Source: Syntrophales bacterium
GTDB taxonomy: Bacteria > Desulfobacterota > Syntrophia > Syntrophales > UBA2210
Direction: 5' to 3'
DNA: 64,000 nucleotides
Assembly: GCA_963662405.2 (NCBI GenBank)
Contig: CAXXKT010000001.1
Location: 192,001-256,000, forward strand
The notes under the pieces were generated by a model, which saw only the letters and a list, made by a program, of their open reading frames with translations, was not told the DNA's origin and made no database searches. Every line of letters begins with the position of its first letter. Positions within the stretch are counted from its first letter, which is position 1. Shown in pieces: positions 10,525-20,602 of the stretch. The position numbers and the translations under genes were made by a program.

Positions 10525-11022
10525 TTATTCACAATTCATAAACCTGCCGTTATCCACCCCACAGATCGGGCACCGGTCAGGCACAATCCCGTCGGAAACG
10601 TAGCCGCAGACCGTACAGACATGGTAGGTGGTCTGTCGCTCCTCGAGGAGGTTGTCCATGGCCTCCTTGTAGAGCTTCGCATGCACCTCCTCCACGTCCC
10701 GCGACTGGCTGAAGTAGAGCGCCGCAGCCCGGTCACCGCTCTCCTCCGCCCTCTTCACAAATTCACCGTACGCCACCCCCGCAACCTTTTCTTCAGACTC
10801 GAAACTCTCCGCAAGATTCTCCTCGGTGGTCCCGACCCCCCTGAGCAGCCGGAGGGCCCTCTTCCCGTGGATCTCCTCGGAGCAGCCGATCACCCTGAAC
10901 AGCCGAGCCAGTTGGGGATATCCCTCTTCTTCGGCCTTTTCAGCAAAGGCCCGCAACCTCAGAAGCGCCTTGGCCTCACCGGCATAGGCCTGATGCACGG
11001 CCTCCCGCACGATATCGTCCAT
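10525..11022 (-). CDS. Rubrerythrin
   Basis: AYAGEA and E..H motifs; C-terminal CTVCG...CPICG rubredoxin-like site. Confidence 0.92.
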   Translation of the reverse strand: MDDIVREAVHQAYAGEAKALLRLRAFAEKAEEEGYPQLARLFRVIGCSEEIHGKRALRLLRGVGTTEENLAESFESEEKVAGVAYGEFVKRAEESGDRAAALYFSQSRDVEEVHAKLYKEAMDNLLEERQTTYHVCTVCGYVSDGIVPDRCPICGVDNGRFMNCE

Positions 11023-11036
11023 AGGGTATCCCTCGC

Positions 11037-11756
11037 CTACTCAGGTTCGAACTCGTCCTTTGCCGCACCGCAGACCGGGCAGGTCCAGTCATCGGGCAGG
11101 TCTTCAAAGGCGGTCCCGGGAGAGATTCCCCCTTCGGAGTCACCCTTCTCGGGATCGTAGACATAGCCGCACACGCCGCAGACATATTTCTCCATATCCG
11201 TCCCCTTTCCTTTCGCTTCTCCTGCTTGACTTTCACCCGCACCCCCCTTGTAGGTGGGGGCATTCTTCGGCGCCTTTCCCTTCTTCACCTGCTGATAATG
11301 GGCATACGTCAGGGGCGTGCCCGCCTTCAGGACCTTCGCCCCGGTGATCTCGACGATAAAGACCGTGTGCGTCCCGGCGTCCGCGCTTCCGATGACCTTC
11401 CCCTCGAAACAGGAGAGTGCATTGTCGGTCACGATGGGACACCCCGTGACCCCCTCCTCGACCGTCACGCCCGCAAACTTATCTCCGTCTCTGCCGCTCT
11501 TGAAGCCGAACTGACCGATAAAGGGCATGGGCGTCTCTTCTTCGAGGACCATGGCGGCCAGGACACCGCTCTGTTCGATATACTCATGGGTGAGATTGCC
11601 CTTGTTGATGCTCACCGCGATCCGCGGTATTTCCGCGCAGACCTGGATGATCGAATTGGCGATCTGCCCGTTCGCCTTCTCTCCCGAAACCGACGTCACC
11701 AGATACAGGCCGTAAGAGATGTCCCAGAGTGCCTTGGTGTCCACAGAATTATCCAC
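11037..11756 (-). CDS. Flavin reductase-rubredoxin fusion (high-molecular-weight rubredoxin-like)
   Basis: [16 protein letters not shown] and GTHT flavin reductase motifs; C-terminal [10 protein letters not shown]...WTCPVCG; GTG start with GGAGGT RBS. Confidence 0.9.
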   Translation of the reverse strand: MDNSVDTKALWDISYGLYLVTSVSGEKANGQIANSIIQVCAEIPRIAVSINKGNLTHEYIEQSGVLAAMVLEEETPMPFIGQFGFKSGRDGDKFAGVTVEEGVTGCPIVTDNALSCFEGKVIGSADAGTHTVFIVEITGAKVLKAGTPLTYAHYQQVKKGKAPKNAPTYKGGAGESQAGEAKGKGTDMEKYVCGVCGYVYDPEKGDSEGGISPGTAFEDLPDDWTCPVCGAAKDEFEPE

Positions 11757-12957
11757 GTTGCGTAACCTCCTTGAGTTTTCGTGCGAGATCCTTGCCCAGT
11801 GCCCAGCAGCGCGTGAGATCGTCACCGTCCGGCACATACTTCACCTTCAGCGGCCCGGCCGCCGGCGCCGCCTTCATCTCCCCCAGGATGTCACTGATCT
11901 GACCTGCGGCCTCGCCGCTCCAGCCGTAGGAACCGAAGGCGGTACCGATCAGATTCTGAGGCCGCAGGCCCTTCAGATAGGTCAGGACATCGGCCATGGT
12001 GGGGAAGAGGTTGTTGTTCAGCGTCGGGGACCCGGCCACGAGGGCCCCGGCATCGAGCATCTCATAGGCCGCGTCGCTCCGGTGGGAGGAGTGCATGGAC
12101 ATGACCTTCACCCGCGCCCCTCCCGCTACCAGCCCCTCCTCGATCGCCCGTGCCATCAGCTCCGTGCTGTGCCACATGGTGTCGTAGAGGACAACGGCCT
12201 TCATGGACGGCTCCTGCCGCGCCCATTGTCTATAGGAATCCATGATGGTATTGATTTCTTTACGCCGGACGGGACCGTGATCCGGCGCGACGATCCGGAT
12301 GTCGAGACCGGATTTCCCCACATCCTCCAGGAGTTTCACCACCTGGGGCGAGTACGGCATCAGGATGTTGGCATAGTAGGTAGCCGCCTCGTAATCGAGG
12401 ACGGCGGAGTCGATCTCGTCGGCGAACCGCTCGGCAGATGCCAGGTGCATCCCGAAGGCGTCCTGGGAGAAGAGGAGCCGGTCGTCCTCCAGATAGCTGA
12501 ACATGCTGTCTGGCCAGTGGAGCATGCGCGTCTCCGTGAAAGCGAGCCGCATGTTCCCGATGTCCAGCGTTTCCCCGCTCTTGAGGGGAACGATCCCCTC
12601 CAGACCGAAATGTTCCTTGAGGGCCTTCGCCCCCATGACGGAGGCGAATACCTTGTCCGGTTTCACCTCGTTGATGATTCTCCGCAGAGAGCCGGAGTGG
12701 TCCATCTCGGCGTGATGGGATACGATGTAGTCGATCTCCCCGGGGTTCACGACGGATGCGATCCGCGACAGGAGTTCATCCCCGAAGGGCTCCCGCACCG
12801 TATCCATCAGGGTGATCTTGTCGGCCATGATGAGGTAGGCGTTATAGGTACTCCCGTGCCGGGTGGCATACCCGTGAAAATCCCGTATCCCCCAGTCGAT
12901 CGCACCGACCCAGTAAACGTGATCACTGATCTTGACTGCCTTGTACGTACCTTCCAT
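11749..12957 (-). CDS. fprA: Flavodiiron protein (FprA/Roo)
   Basis: GSTYNAY, HAEMDH, HWPDSM, DAFG, APDHG and FGSYGWSG motifs. Confidence 0.96.
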   Translation of the reverse strand: MEGTYKAVKISDHVYWVGAIDWGIRDFHGYATRHGSTYNAYLIMADKITLMDTVREPFGDELLSRIASVVNPGEIDYIVSHHAEMDHSGSLRRIINEVKPDKVFASVMGAKALKEHFGLEGIVPLKSGETLDIGNMRLAFTETRMLHWPDSMFSYLEDDRLLFSQDAFGMHLASAERFADEIDSAVLDYEAATYYANILMPYSPQVVKLLEDVGKSGLDIRIVAPDHGPVRRKEINTIMDSYRQWARQEPSMKAVVLYDTMWHSTELMARAIEEGLVAGGARVKVMSMHSSHRSDAAYEMLDAGALVAGSPTLNNNLFPTMADVLTYLKGLRPQNLIGTAFGSYGWSGEAAGQISDILGEMKAAPAAGPLKVKYVPDGDDLTRCWALGKDLARKLKEVTQRG

Positions 12958-13233
12958 ATCGAGACCTCTTGCGCGGTAAAGAAAAATGTGCTTTGCCGGT
13001 AGGACATCCGGACAATCGGATGCTCCGTTTCACTCACAGGGAGTTACCAAGATCGGCACCACTTCATACGATGCAGTCATGAGTGATTTTTATTCTATGC
13101 GAAAAGGGGGCAAAAGGCAACCGCCTTCACCCGCTAGGATAGTCACGAAAAATTCGGAGTCAAGACGGGAGGCGGTTCTTCCCACTCCGAGTGATCTGAA
13201 GGAACGACACCATCAAGATCGTCTGAATTCACC

Positions 13234-14112
13234 TCACCCCTTCCTCCCTTTTCTCGACGCGATGACAATGGCGGAAAAAATGAGCATCATTCCAATGGCC
13301 TGAGCGATGCTGACCGTCTCTGAGAAAAAGAGGTATGCGAGGAGCGTGGCACCGACCGCCTCCCCGAGGATCGATATGGCAACCATCCCCGCCCTGAGAT
13401 GCCTGAGAGCCCAATTGATCGATGTGTGCCCGATGAGTTGCGGGATAACGGCCAAGAGCACAAGGTACAGATAAGAAAAAGATCGGTAGCCGGTAAAAGG
13501 GGTGCCCGTGAGAAGAGAGACCACAATCAGAAAGAGCGCACTCGTCGTATAGACGATGGTGATATAGGTAAGGATATCGAGGCGCTCTTGCACCCTGCTT
13601 CCTGTAATGAGATAGGCACTCGCCATCATCGCCCCCACCAGGGCGAGGGCATCTCCCGCCAGCGCCCTCTTGTCGAGCAGGATCAGGGCATGGAAGCCGC
13701 CATCCCCCACAGCGATGACGATGCTGCCGGTGAGACACAGGATCGTCCCTATGATGATTTCCTTGTGCTGTTTTTCCCTCAGGACCAACAAGGAGAAGAT
13801 CCCCACAAAGATGGGATTGGTGGTAACCAGGACCACGCTGCTCGCAACCGACGTATACTTCAGGGACGCGATCCAGGTTATGAAATGCAGCCCCAGAAAT
13901 ATCCCCCCGGCCATCGAAAAAAGAAGGTCCCTCCCTGATATTCTGAAGGACACCCCTCGTGTCAGGGCAAAGATCAGGAGGACACAGGAGGCGATACCCA
14001 GGCGATAGGTAGCTATCATGATTGACGGCACATCGTCGCAGAGTCTGATAAATATCGCCGCAAAGGAAATGGCGATTATTCCGATGCACAGTGTTGTAAT
14101 TGTTCGAATCAT
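13234..14112 (-). CDS. DMT/EamA family transporter
   Basis: About 10 TM helices, duplicated EamA pattern; start approximate. Confidence 0.9.
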   Translation of the reverse strand: MIRTITTLCIGIIAISFAAIFIRLCDDVPSIMIATYRLGIASCVLLIFALTRGVSFRISGRDLLFSMAGGIFLGLHFITWIASLKYTSVASSVVLVTTNPIFVGIFSLLVLREKQHKEIIIGTILCLTGSIVIAVGDGGFHALILLDKRALAGDALALVGAMMASAYLITGSRVQERLDILTYITIVYTTSALFLIVVSLLTGTPFTGYRSFSYLYLVLLAVIPQLIGHTSINWALRHLRAGMVAISILGEAVGATLLAYLFFSETVSIAQAIGMMLIFSAIVIASRKGRKG

Positions 14113-14395
14113 CGTCTTCCATACCCTCGACACAAGTGATTCACCATGTCCCGGCCACCACGCCTCGCCGTGCCGTCCACGGCATTTCCTATCACATAAC
14201 GGGAACAAAGGAAATTATACCCTCCCGATACATACCCAAGAAGCGATTCTTCGCTCGTGTCCTCGTCGCTGTAGAAATCTTGTGATGCACACCCGATTGT
14301 GTTAGAAGCATATCTTTCATATTTTACGTGTCGTGAGGATGCGGGTCCGCCTGCCGGCGGCGCAGGCCTGGAATGGATATCATCAGGGATGTCGT

Positions 14396-15391
14396 ATGAT
14401 AGACAATCATAACAGAGAGATCAATTACCTGAGGATCTCGGTCACCGACCGGTGTAATCTGCGCTGCGTATACTGCATGCCGAAAGAAGGGGTCTCCTTC
14501 ATCGGTCATGATGATATCCTCCGATATGAAGAGCTGTTACGAATAGTGAAGATCGCCGTCAAGACCGGCATCACCAAGATCCGCGTGACCGGAGGAGAGC
14601 CTCTCGTTCGGCGGGAAATCATTGGATTTCTCTCATCTCTTCATGGGGTGGATGACCTCAAGGATATCAGTCTCACGACAAATGGGGTGCTTCTTGAAAA
14701 CTATGCCGAGGGAATTTTCGATGCAGGGATCGGACGGATCAATATCAGCCTCGACTCTCTGGTCCCCGAGAGATACCGGGCCATCACCTGCGGAGGGGAT
14801 CTGAAGGGCGTGATCAGGGGGATCAGAAAGGCGCAACAGACGGGATTTTCTCCCATCAAGATCAACGTGGTGGCTATCAAGGGATTCAACGATGACGAGA
14901 TACTCGATTTTGCGAAATTGACCCTGGATAAACCGTATCAGGTACGGTTTATCGAATTTATGCCGATAGGCAACTCCGCGATGGAAAACAGCCGCGGATA
15001 TTTTTCCAATGACGAGATTATCCGGCGCATCAATGCCTTCAGCCCCCTCCAGGCAGTCACCGACGAACCGGGCGCCACGAGCGGTCCGGCACGCCTCTAT
15101 ACCCTGAAGGGCGCGCGGGGAAAGATCGGGTTCATCAGTGCCATGAGTCACGGCTTCTGCAGTACCTGTAACCGACTCCGTCTGACGGCCGACGGGCACC
15201 TGAGGGCGTGTCTTCTCGCCGATGAACCGACGGCCGACCTCAAAACACCCCTGCGTTCCGGGTGCACCGATTACGAACTGGAGGCCCTCATACGAGATCT
15301 TATCGGAAGGAAACCAAACAGTTATACGATACACTGCCATCCGGACCAGAGAAGAAAGTGCGCAACAAATATGTCTTCAATCGGGGGATAG
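14396..15391 (+). CDS. moaA: GTP 3',8-cyclase MoaA
   Basis: YLRISVTDRCNLRCVYCMP, FCSTCNRLRLT and C-terminal SIGG. Confidence 0.97.
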   Translation: MIDNHNREINYLRISVTDRCNLRCVYCMPKEGVSFIGHDDILRYEELLRIVKIAVKTGITKIRVTGGEPLVRREIIGFLSSLHGVDDLKDISLTTNGVLLENYAEGIFDAGIGRINISLDSLVPERYRAITCGGDLKGVIRGIRKAQQTGFSPIKINVVAIKGFNDDEILDFAKLTLDKPYQVRFIEFMPIGNSAMENSRGYFSNDEIIRRINAFSPLQAVTDEPGATSGPARLYTLKGARGKIGFISAMSHGFCSTCNRLRLTADGHLRACLLADEPTADLKTPLRSGCTDYELEALIRDLIGRKPNSYTIHCHPDQRRKCATNMSSIGG

Positions 15392-15438
15392 GAAAGTTCA
15401 CCGGTTGTCTGAGTTTCGGAAAATGAGGGGATAATCGT

Positions 15439-16173
15439 ATGATGAGCGGATCAAATTCTCCGGCTACATATTATATGGAGAAACGCGAGAAGGATCTGAT
15501 CCTCCGACTCTTGAAACCCGTCGATGGTGAACGACTGCTCGACGTGGGATGCGGGGAGGGGGATTGCCTTCGTCTCTTTCGCGTGAAGGGATGCAGCGTC
15601 ACCGGCATCGATCCGTCGGACGAGTTGCTCGATAGAGCACGGAAGAGACTGGGACAACGAGCCGATCTCTTCTCAGGCAGCGGTGAAGACCTCCCCTTTT
15701 CCGATAACGAATTCGACATCGTCACCCTGATCTGTCCCGACACGGCATGCAACCTCCGAAACACGCTCCACGAAGCGATCAGGGTATGTCGCGGCAGGAT
15801 ATTTATCGGGACGGTGAACCGCTTCTCGCTGTCACGAATACAAGAGGTACCGAGATCCGGTTTCTCCCCCCGGAAACCCGTGCGTTTATCGAGTGTCCCC
15901 GAGCTGATCCGTCTGGTCAAATCGACTCTCCCGGATACAGCTATCAAGTGGGGGAGCGTCCTCTTTTTCCCGCCCGCGTGGTACCCGACGGCCACTTTTT
16001 TCGACAAGAGAATTCCCGTCATGAAAAACGCCTTCGGGGCATTTGTCGGGCTTGCGTTCCCTGTTGTCTACACCCGTATAACCATTCAGGATCCCATCGG
16101 GGATAGGACAAAGGCACAAGCAACGGACCGGTTCCCCGCCCCCGGCGCCGCCCGCAGGAGGACGACCGAATGA
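15439..16173 (+). CDS. Class I SAM-dependent methyltransferase
   Basis: LLDVGCGEG motif I; LPFSDNEFD. Confidence 0.85.
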   Translation: MMSGSNSPATYYMEKREKDLILRLLKPVDGERLLDVGCGEGDCLRLFRVKGCSVTGIDPSDELLDRARKRLGQRADLFSGSGEDLPFSDNEFDIVTLICPDTACNLRNTLHEAIRVCRGRIFIGTVNRFSLSRIQEVPRSGFSPRKPVRLSSVPELIRLVKSTLPDTAIKWGSVLFFPPAWYPTATFFDKRIPVMKNAFGAFVGLAFPVVYTRITIQDPIGDRTKAQATDRFPAPGAARRRTTE

Positions 16174-17198
16174 AAGAGGCACTTCTCTACGAAAAAATGA
16201 GCGACAAGGCCGTACGGTGTCATCTCTGCGCCCACCGATGCAAGATAGCCCCCTCAAAGAGGGGGATTTGCAGTGTCCGGGAAAACCGTGGAGGGACACT
16301 CTTCACGCTGGTACACGGTCTCTCGGCTGCCGAAAGCATCGATCCGATTGAAAAGAAACCGCTCTTCCACGTCTACCCAGGGTCAAAGTCCTACTCCATT
16401 GCCACTGTCGGGTGCAATTTCCGGTGCGAGTTCTGCCAGAATCACGAGATATCTCAACTGCCTCAGCAGGAGGGAAAAATCCTCGGACACCGTTCCACAC
16501 CCGAAGAGATCATCGAGAAGGTGCTCAAAGCAGGATCGAAGACCATTGCCTATACCTATACAGAACCAACCGTGTTCCTCGAATATGCCCTGGATATTGG
16601 GGAAATGGCCCATGGCGAAGGGATCAAAAATGTCTTCGTTACCAACGGCTTCATGACCGGCGAGGCCCTTGAATTGCTTGCTCCGTACCTTGATGCGGCG
16701 AATGTCGACCTCAAATCCTTTCAAAACGAGTTTTACAAAAAGAACTGTGGCGGGCGGCTCCAACCGGTCCTGGACAGCCTGAAAAAAATGAAGGACCTCG
16801 GTATTTGGGTCGAGGTAACGACCTTGATCATACCGACCCTGAACGACGGGACGGAAGAACTGAGAGACATCGCCCGGTATATCCATTCCCTCGGCCCCGA
16901 AACACCGTGGCACATCAGCCGATTCCACCCCCAGTATCGGATGTCGAATCTCCCTCCGACCCCCATCGAGACGATACACCTGGCGGCGGAAATAGGGAAA
17001 GAAGCCGGCCTCAAATATGTCTATGCCGGGAACGTTCCGGGAGATACGGGAGAAAATACCTACTGCTCGAACTGCGGGAAGCTCCTGATTAAGAGATACG
17101 GATTTAACGTCGAAGAGATCGACCTGAGAGGATCGAGTTGTCCGTCCTGTAAGACCCCGTTGGACGGAATCCTGAGCGAGGACCAGGATTCCATTTAA
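16170..17198 (+). CDS. amrS: AmmeMemoRadiSam system radical SAM enzyme
   Basis: DPIEKKPL, CNFRCEFCQN, YTYTEP and YVYAGNV motifs. Confidence 0.93.
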   Translation: MKEALLYEKMSDKAVRCHLCAHRCKIAPSKRGICSVRENRGGTLFTLVHGLSAAESIDPIEKKPLFHVYPGSKSYSIATVGCNFRCEFCQNHEISQLPQQEGKILGHRSTPEEIIEKVLKAGSKTIAYTYTEPTVFLEYALDIGEMAHGEGIKNVFVTNGFMTGEALELLAPYLDAANVDLKSFQNEFYKKNCGGRLQPVLDSLKKMKDLGIWVEVTTLIIPTLNDGTEELRDIARYIHSLGPETPWHISRFHPQYRMSNLPPTPIETIHLAAEIGKEAGLKYVYAGNVPGDTGENTYCSNCGKLLIKRYGFNVEEIDLRGSSCPSCKTPLDGILSEDQDSI

Positions 17199-17446
17199 GG
17201 GTCAGGTGCCACATCATCTTCTTCATACCGATCCGCGAGCACCGTAAGCGCCTGCTTCACCTGCTCCGCGGGTACCATTACCTCGACCTTTCCGAGACCG
17301 TCGATGGTCAAACCATAGATAGCCCCCACCGCTTCGTAATGAAACGTGACCGGGATCCCTTCCGTTTCAAGTCTTCCGGCAACGATATTCGCGTTGATCA
17401 TCCCTGCCGCCACATGAACAACTTTCCACCTTTTATCTTCCACCAA
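17195..17446 (-). CDS. DUF2007 family protein
   Basis: ANIVAGRLETEGIP...VEVMV pattern. Confidence 0.75.
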   Translation of the reverse strand: MVEDKRWKVVHVAAGMINANIVAGRLETEGIPVTFHYEAVGAIYGLTIDGLGKVEVMVPAEQVKQALTVLADRYEEDDVAPDP

Positions 17447-18094
17447 ACCGTCCCCTCTCTCTCACAGAAATAACCCAACACACCAACCGTTTCTTGTCAT
17501 ACAATTCGCCGGATCTCTCCACCTCTCCCTTATTCATTATCGATATTTGGGCATCGTCGCGCAAATCATTTTTCTGAAAAGAATCACCGGCGTTACCATT
17601 AAGTTTCGGTGTATCAGGCGTCTCCGAGCGTTGCCTGCTGTTATGGTTTCAAGTTTCTTGAAGGACTTTTCTCCCATTGGTACGTGGGTCCCCCCACCTG
17701 CCGTGATGTCGGCATATGCCGACATTATCCCCTACCGTCAGGCTCGGTCTATGCTTCTTGAGCCTATCGAGGCGGTCCAAACGGAGGTTGAAGGCCGGGC
17801 CTGAAACAGAGAGAACCGCCCCTCTACGGACAGGACGGCCCGGCATGACCCCGCCTCGCTCTTAAAAAATCAGGTCTTCACGGTAGGTATCGTGAGCGGA
17901 GTGCGCAACAACCATCATGAGGAACAAATAATTATTCAGAGGGATGTGTTTGTCCTCGCACAGAAAAAATTGCCAGTCAGGCACAGATTATCACCATCAT
18001 GAGCCATTATGCGATCTCAACAATTGACAAAAGCCCCAAAACTGTAGAAAGTAAGGATCGGTTACTTTGATTTCCAGATGAAAGGGTATTCACG

Positions 18095-18769
18095 ATGAAA
18101 AAGAGATCCATCATTATGGTCATAGTCATAGGGTTTTGTCTCATCGCTCTTCCCGGCGGGGCTACCGTCTACGTGTCCGACAAATTGGAAGTCCCTCTCC
18201 GCACCGGCCCGAGTCCGAAAGACCGCATCATCAACATGTTTCGGTCGGGACAAGAAGTGGTTGTGATGTCTGAAGAAAACGGGTGGAGCTACGTCCGTTC
18301 GATAGGAGAAAGTGACGACAAGAAAGGGTGGATCCTCAGTCGTTACCTCATGAACCGCGAACCGTGGGAAACACGCATTAAGGCCATAACAATCGAGAAC
18401 GCCAGGCTTCGCGAAACCTTATATCCCATGGAAGGAGACCTCCGTGAGTTGAAGACCCAAAATACCGATCTCACAAGGGCGCTGACAGAAAAGACGGAAG
18501 CACTCGAAGCCTTAAGGGCACAACACGAATCGCTAAGAAACGAGGCCGCGGGTTTCCTGGATTTGAAGAGAGATTACGGTAAAATCCAATCAGATCTCAC
18601 CAACAGAGAAACCAAACTTGCTGAAATCATAGAAGAGAATGGACTTTTGCGCTCGTCTCACAGAAACAGATGGTTTCTCACCGGTGCCTTGGTCCTCCTG
18701 GTGGGTCTTCTCATCGGCCTGACAATCGGAAGGCGAGAGAAGAAGCATGCATCGAAGCTTTACCTGTAA
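18095..18769 (+). CDS. SH3 domain protein (TIGR04211/YgiM-like)
   Basis: YVSD.LEVPLRTGPS, coiled coil, C-terminal WFLTGA TM helix. Confidence 0.88.
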   Translation: MKKRSIIMVIVIGFCLIALPGGATVYVSDKLEVPLRTGPSPKDRIINMFRSGQEVVVMSEENGWSYVRSIGESDDKKGWILSRYLMNREPWETRIKAITIENARLRETLYPMEGDLRELKTQNTDLTRALTEKTEALEALRAQHESLRNEAAGFLDLKRDYGKIQSDLTNRETKLAEIIEENGLLRSSHRNRWFLTGALVLLVGLLIGLTIGRREKKHASKLYL

Positions 18770-19080
18770 ACGAACAAGAATCCCCTTCATCACACGGTTT
18801 TTCAATGAGCAGTCGCCGCAATCGCACACCAGGGAAAGGCATGATTTAAAGGAATAATCGTCAGCAGCATACCCCTTGCGATAAAACAACCAGGGTCAGG
18901 AGTCGGAACAGAAGGACGACAGAAAACCATTGCCTATAGAGGAAGGTCTGCCCCTCCGTTGCGCATGAGACCCGTTTTTTGTCAGATCATTTACCCCCAT
19001 AGGGCGTATTTTTTGGTTGACTGCGGGAGGCATTAGTAATAGATGAATTCGCGGCCACACAGAAACGCATGGGGGGGATC

Positions 19081-20493
19081 ATGGGACTGAGGAATCTCTT
19101 TTATCCTGAAAGTGTTGCAGTGCTCGGCGCGTCGCCCAATATGGGGAGCGGAAAGCTCCCCTACCTGCAGGTCATGCAGATGCGTGGCTACCAGGGGAGG
19201 CTGTATCCGGTCAATCCAAAATATCAAGAGATAGGGGGGTTGAAATCATACCCCTCCATTGACGCACTCCCGGATGGGATTGATCTCATCATTGCAGCCG
19301 TTCCTGCCGAGGAATCGCTGAGCGTTACCCGGGCGGCCGCACGTAAGAAATGCAAGTTTCTCCATTTTTTTACGTCCGGTTTCAGCGAAATGGGAAACAG
19401 CTCACTGGAAGCGGAGCTGCTCCGAGAGGCGGCCACGGGGGAAACCCGAATCGTTGGTCCCAACTGTGTCGGCATCCACTGTGCGGAGTCGGGCGTCAGT
19501 TTTACCCCCGAGATCCAGGGAGACATCCCGAAAGAGGTCGCCTTCTTCGGACAGTCGGGAGGAACGACCAGCAACTTCGTGGGCATGGCAATGGCCCGCG
19601 AAATCGGCCTGAATAAGGTCGTCTCCTACGGCAACCAGATTGACGTCGCCGTCGAAGATTACCTCGCATATTTCGCACAAGACGATAACATACGCGTAAT
19701 CGCGGGGTATGTGGAAGACATCAAGAATCCACGAAAATTCCTGGAAGTGCTGGGAGAAGCAACCCGCACAAAGCCGGTGGTCATCCTGAAGGGAGGCATG
19801 ACCGAGCAGGGAGCGCGCGCCGCCGCGAGCCACACGGGAGCACTCGCCAGTAACCACGCGATCCTGTCGTCCGCTATTCATCAGTACGGTGGCGTCCTGG
19901 TAGATACCCTTGAACAGATGATGGATTTCGTAATGATAGCAATATCAAACAGGACACCACAGGGGGCACGATATGGATTTCTCGGCGCGGGTGGAGGGGC
20001 CGGTGTAGCCTTTACCGATCTTGCCGTCCGATCCGGCTTATCGCTCCCTGAGCTAGAGCCCGCGACCCAGGAAATGATCAGCCGGAAGATCAGGGCGATC
20101 AACACCTCGACGACCAACCCCGTCGATCTCGGATTCTACGGTTTCGACTTCAACATCATGGCCCACACCATCAGGGCATTGGCACGTGACGGCAACATCG
20201 ACGTCATCGTCCCATACTTCTCTGCCGATTACATCACGGTAGCACAATTCGACAAGTTGGAAAGCGGTCCACAAACAATCATCGAAACTGCGGGAGAGAC
20301 CAAGAACCCGGTGATTCCCGTTCTATCAAAGTTTGCTGAGGCCAATCTGGACGTGGAACGGGTGAGACTCTCCATCTACTCGTCGTTCAGGCAGGCAGGG
20401 CTTCCCGTCTATACGACGATTCAGGATCTTATCTACGCGACGAAAAAATACCTGGAATGGGTCGGCAGACCATCCAGGAACGGCAACGGTTGA
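19081..20493 (+). CDS. NDP-forming acyl-CoA synthetase (CoA-binding domain protein)
   Basis: PESVAVLGAS, GPNCVG, QSGG, ASHTGALA and NPVD motifs. Confidence 0.9.
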   Translation: MGLRNLFYPESVAVLGASPNMGSGKLPYLQVMQMRGYQGRLYPVNPKYQEIGGLKSYPSIDALPDGIDLIIAAVPAEESLSVTRAAARKKCKFLHFFTSGFSEMGNSSLEAELLREAATGETRIVGPNCVGIHCAESGVSFTPEIQGDIPKEVAFFGQSGGTTSNFVGMAMAREIGLNKVVSYGNQIDVAVEDYLAYFAQDDNIRVIAGYVEDIKNPRKFLEVLGEATRTKPVVILKGGMTEQGARAAASHTGALASNHAILSSAIHQYGGVLVDTLEQMMDFVMIAISNRTPQGARYGFLGAGGGAGVAFTDLAVRSGLSLPELEPATQEMISRKIRAINTSTTNPVDLGFYGFDFNIMAHTIRALARDGNIDVIVPYFSADYITVAQFDKLESGPQTIIETAGETKNPVIPVLSKFAEANLDVERVRLSIYSSFRQAGLPVYTTIQDLIYATKKYLEWVGRPSRNGNG

Positions 20494-20546
20494 TGAGGGT
20501 ATACTGAAACCGTTGTTTTCCCGGACCAAGCCAGGACCTTCCGTTC

Positions 20547-20590
20547 AAAAAAACGAGGCCTACCCGAAGGGGCAGGCCTCGCAGGTTTTT
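20547..20590. terminator. Bidirectional intrinsic terminator between convergent genes
   Basis: A-run, CGAGGCCTACCC/GGGCAGGCCTCG stem, T-run. Confidence 0.75.
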
Positions 20591-20602
20591 CTTTGTAGTG
20601 CG

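Noticed and set aside
4644..12957. Selenocysteine (in-frame TGA) in the redox genes
   Set aside because: Active-site positions are ordinary Cys codons and the ORFs are full length.
7184..13002. Long plus-strand ORFs (7184-8305, 8056-9291, 11719-13002) and similar ones such as 62799-63845
   Set aside because: They are antisense shadows of well-supported genes in GC-rich DNA and have no recognisable motifs.
17450..18000. 6S RNA, tRNA-Sec or a known riboswitch
   Set aside because: The diagnostic conserved motifs were not found by eye. The region is reported only as unexplained structure.
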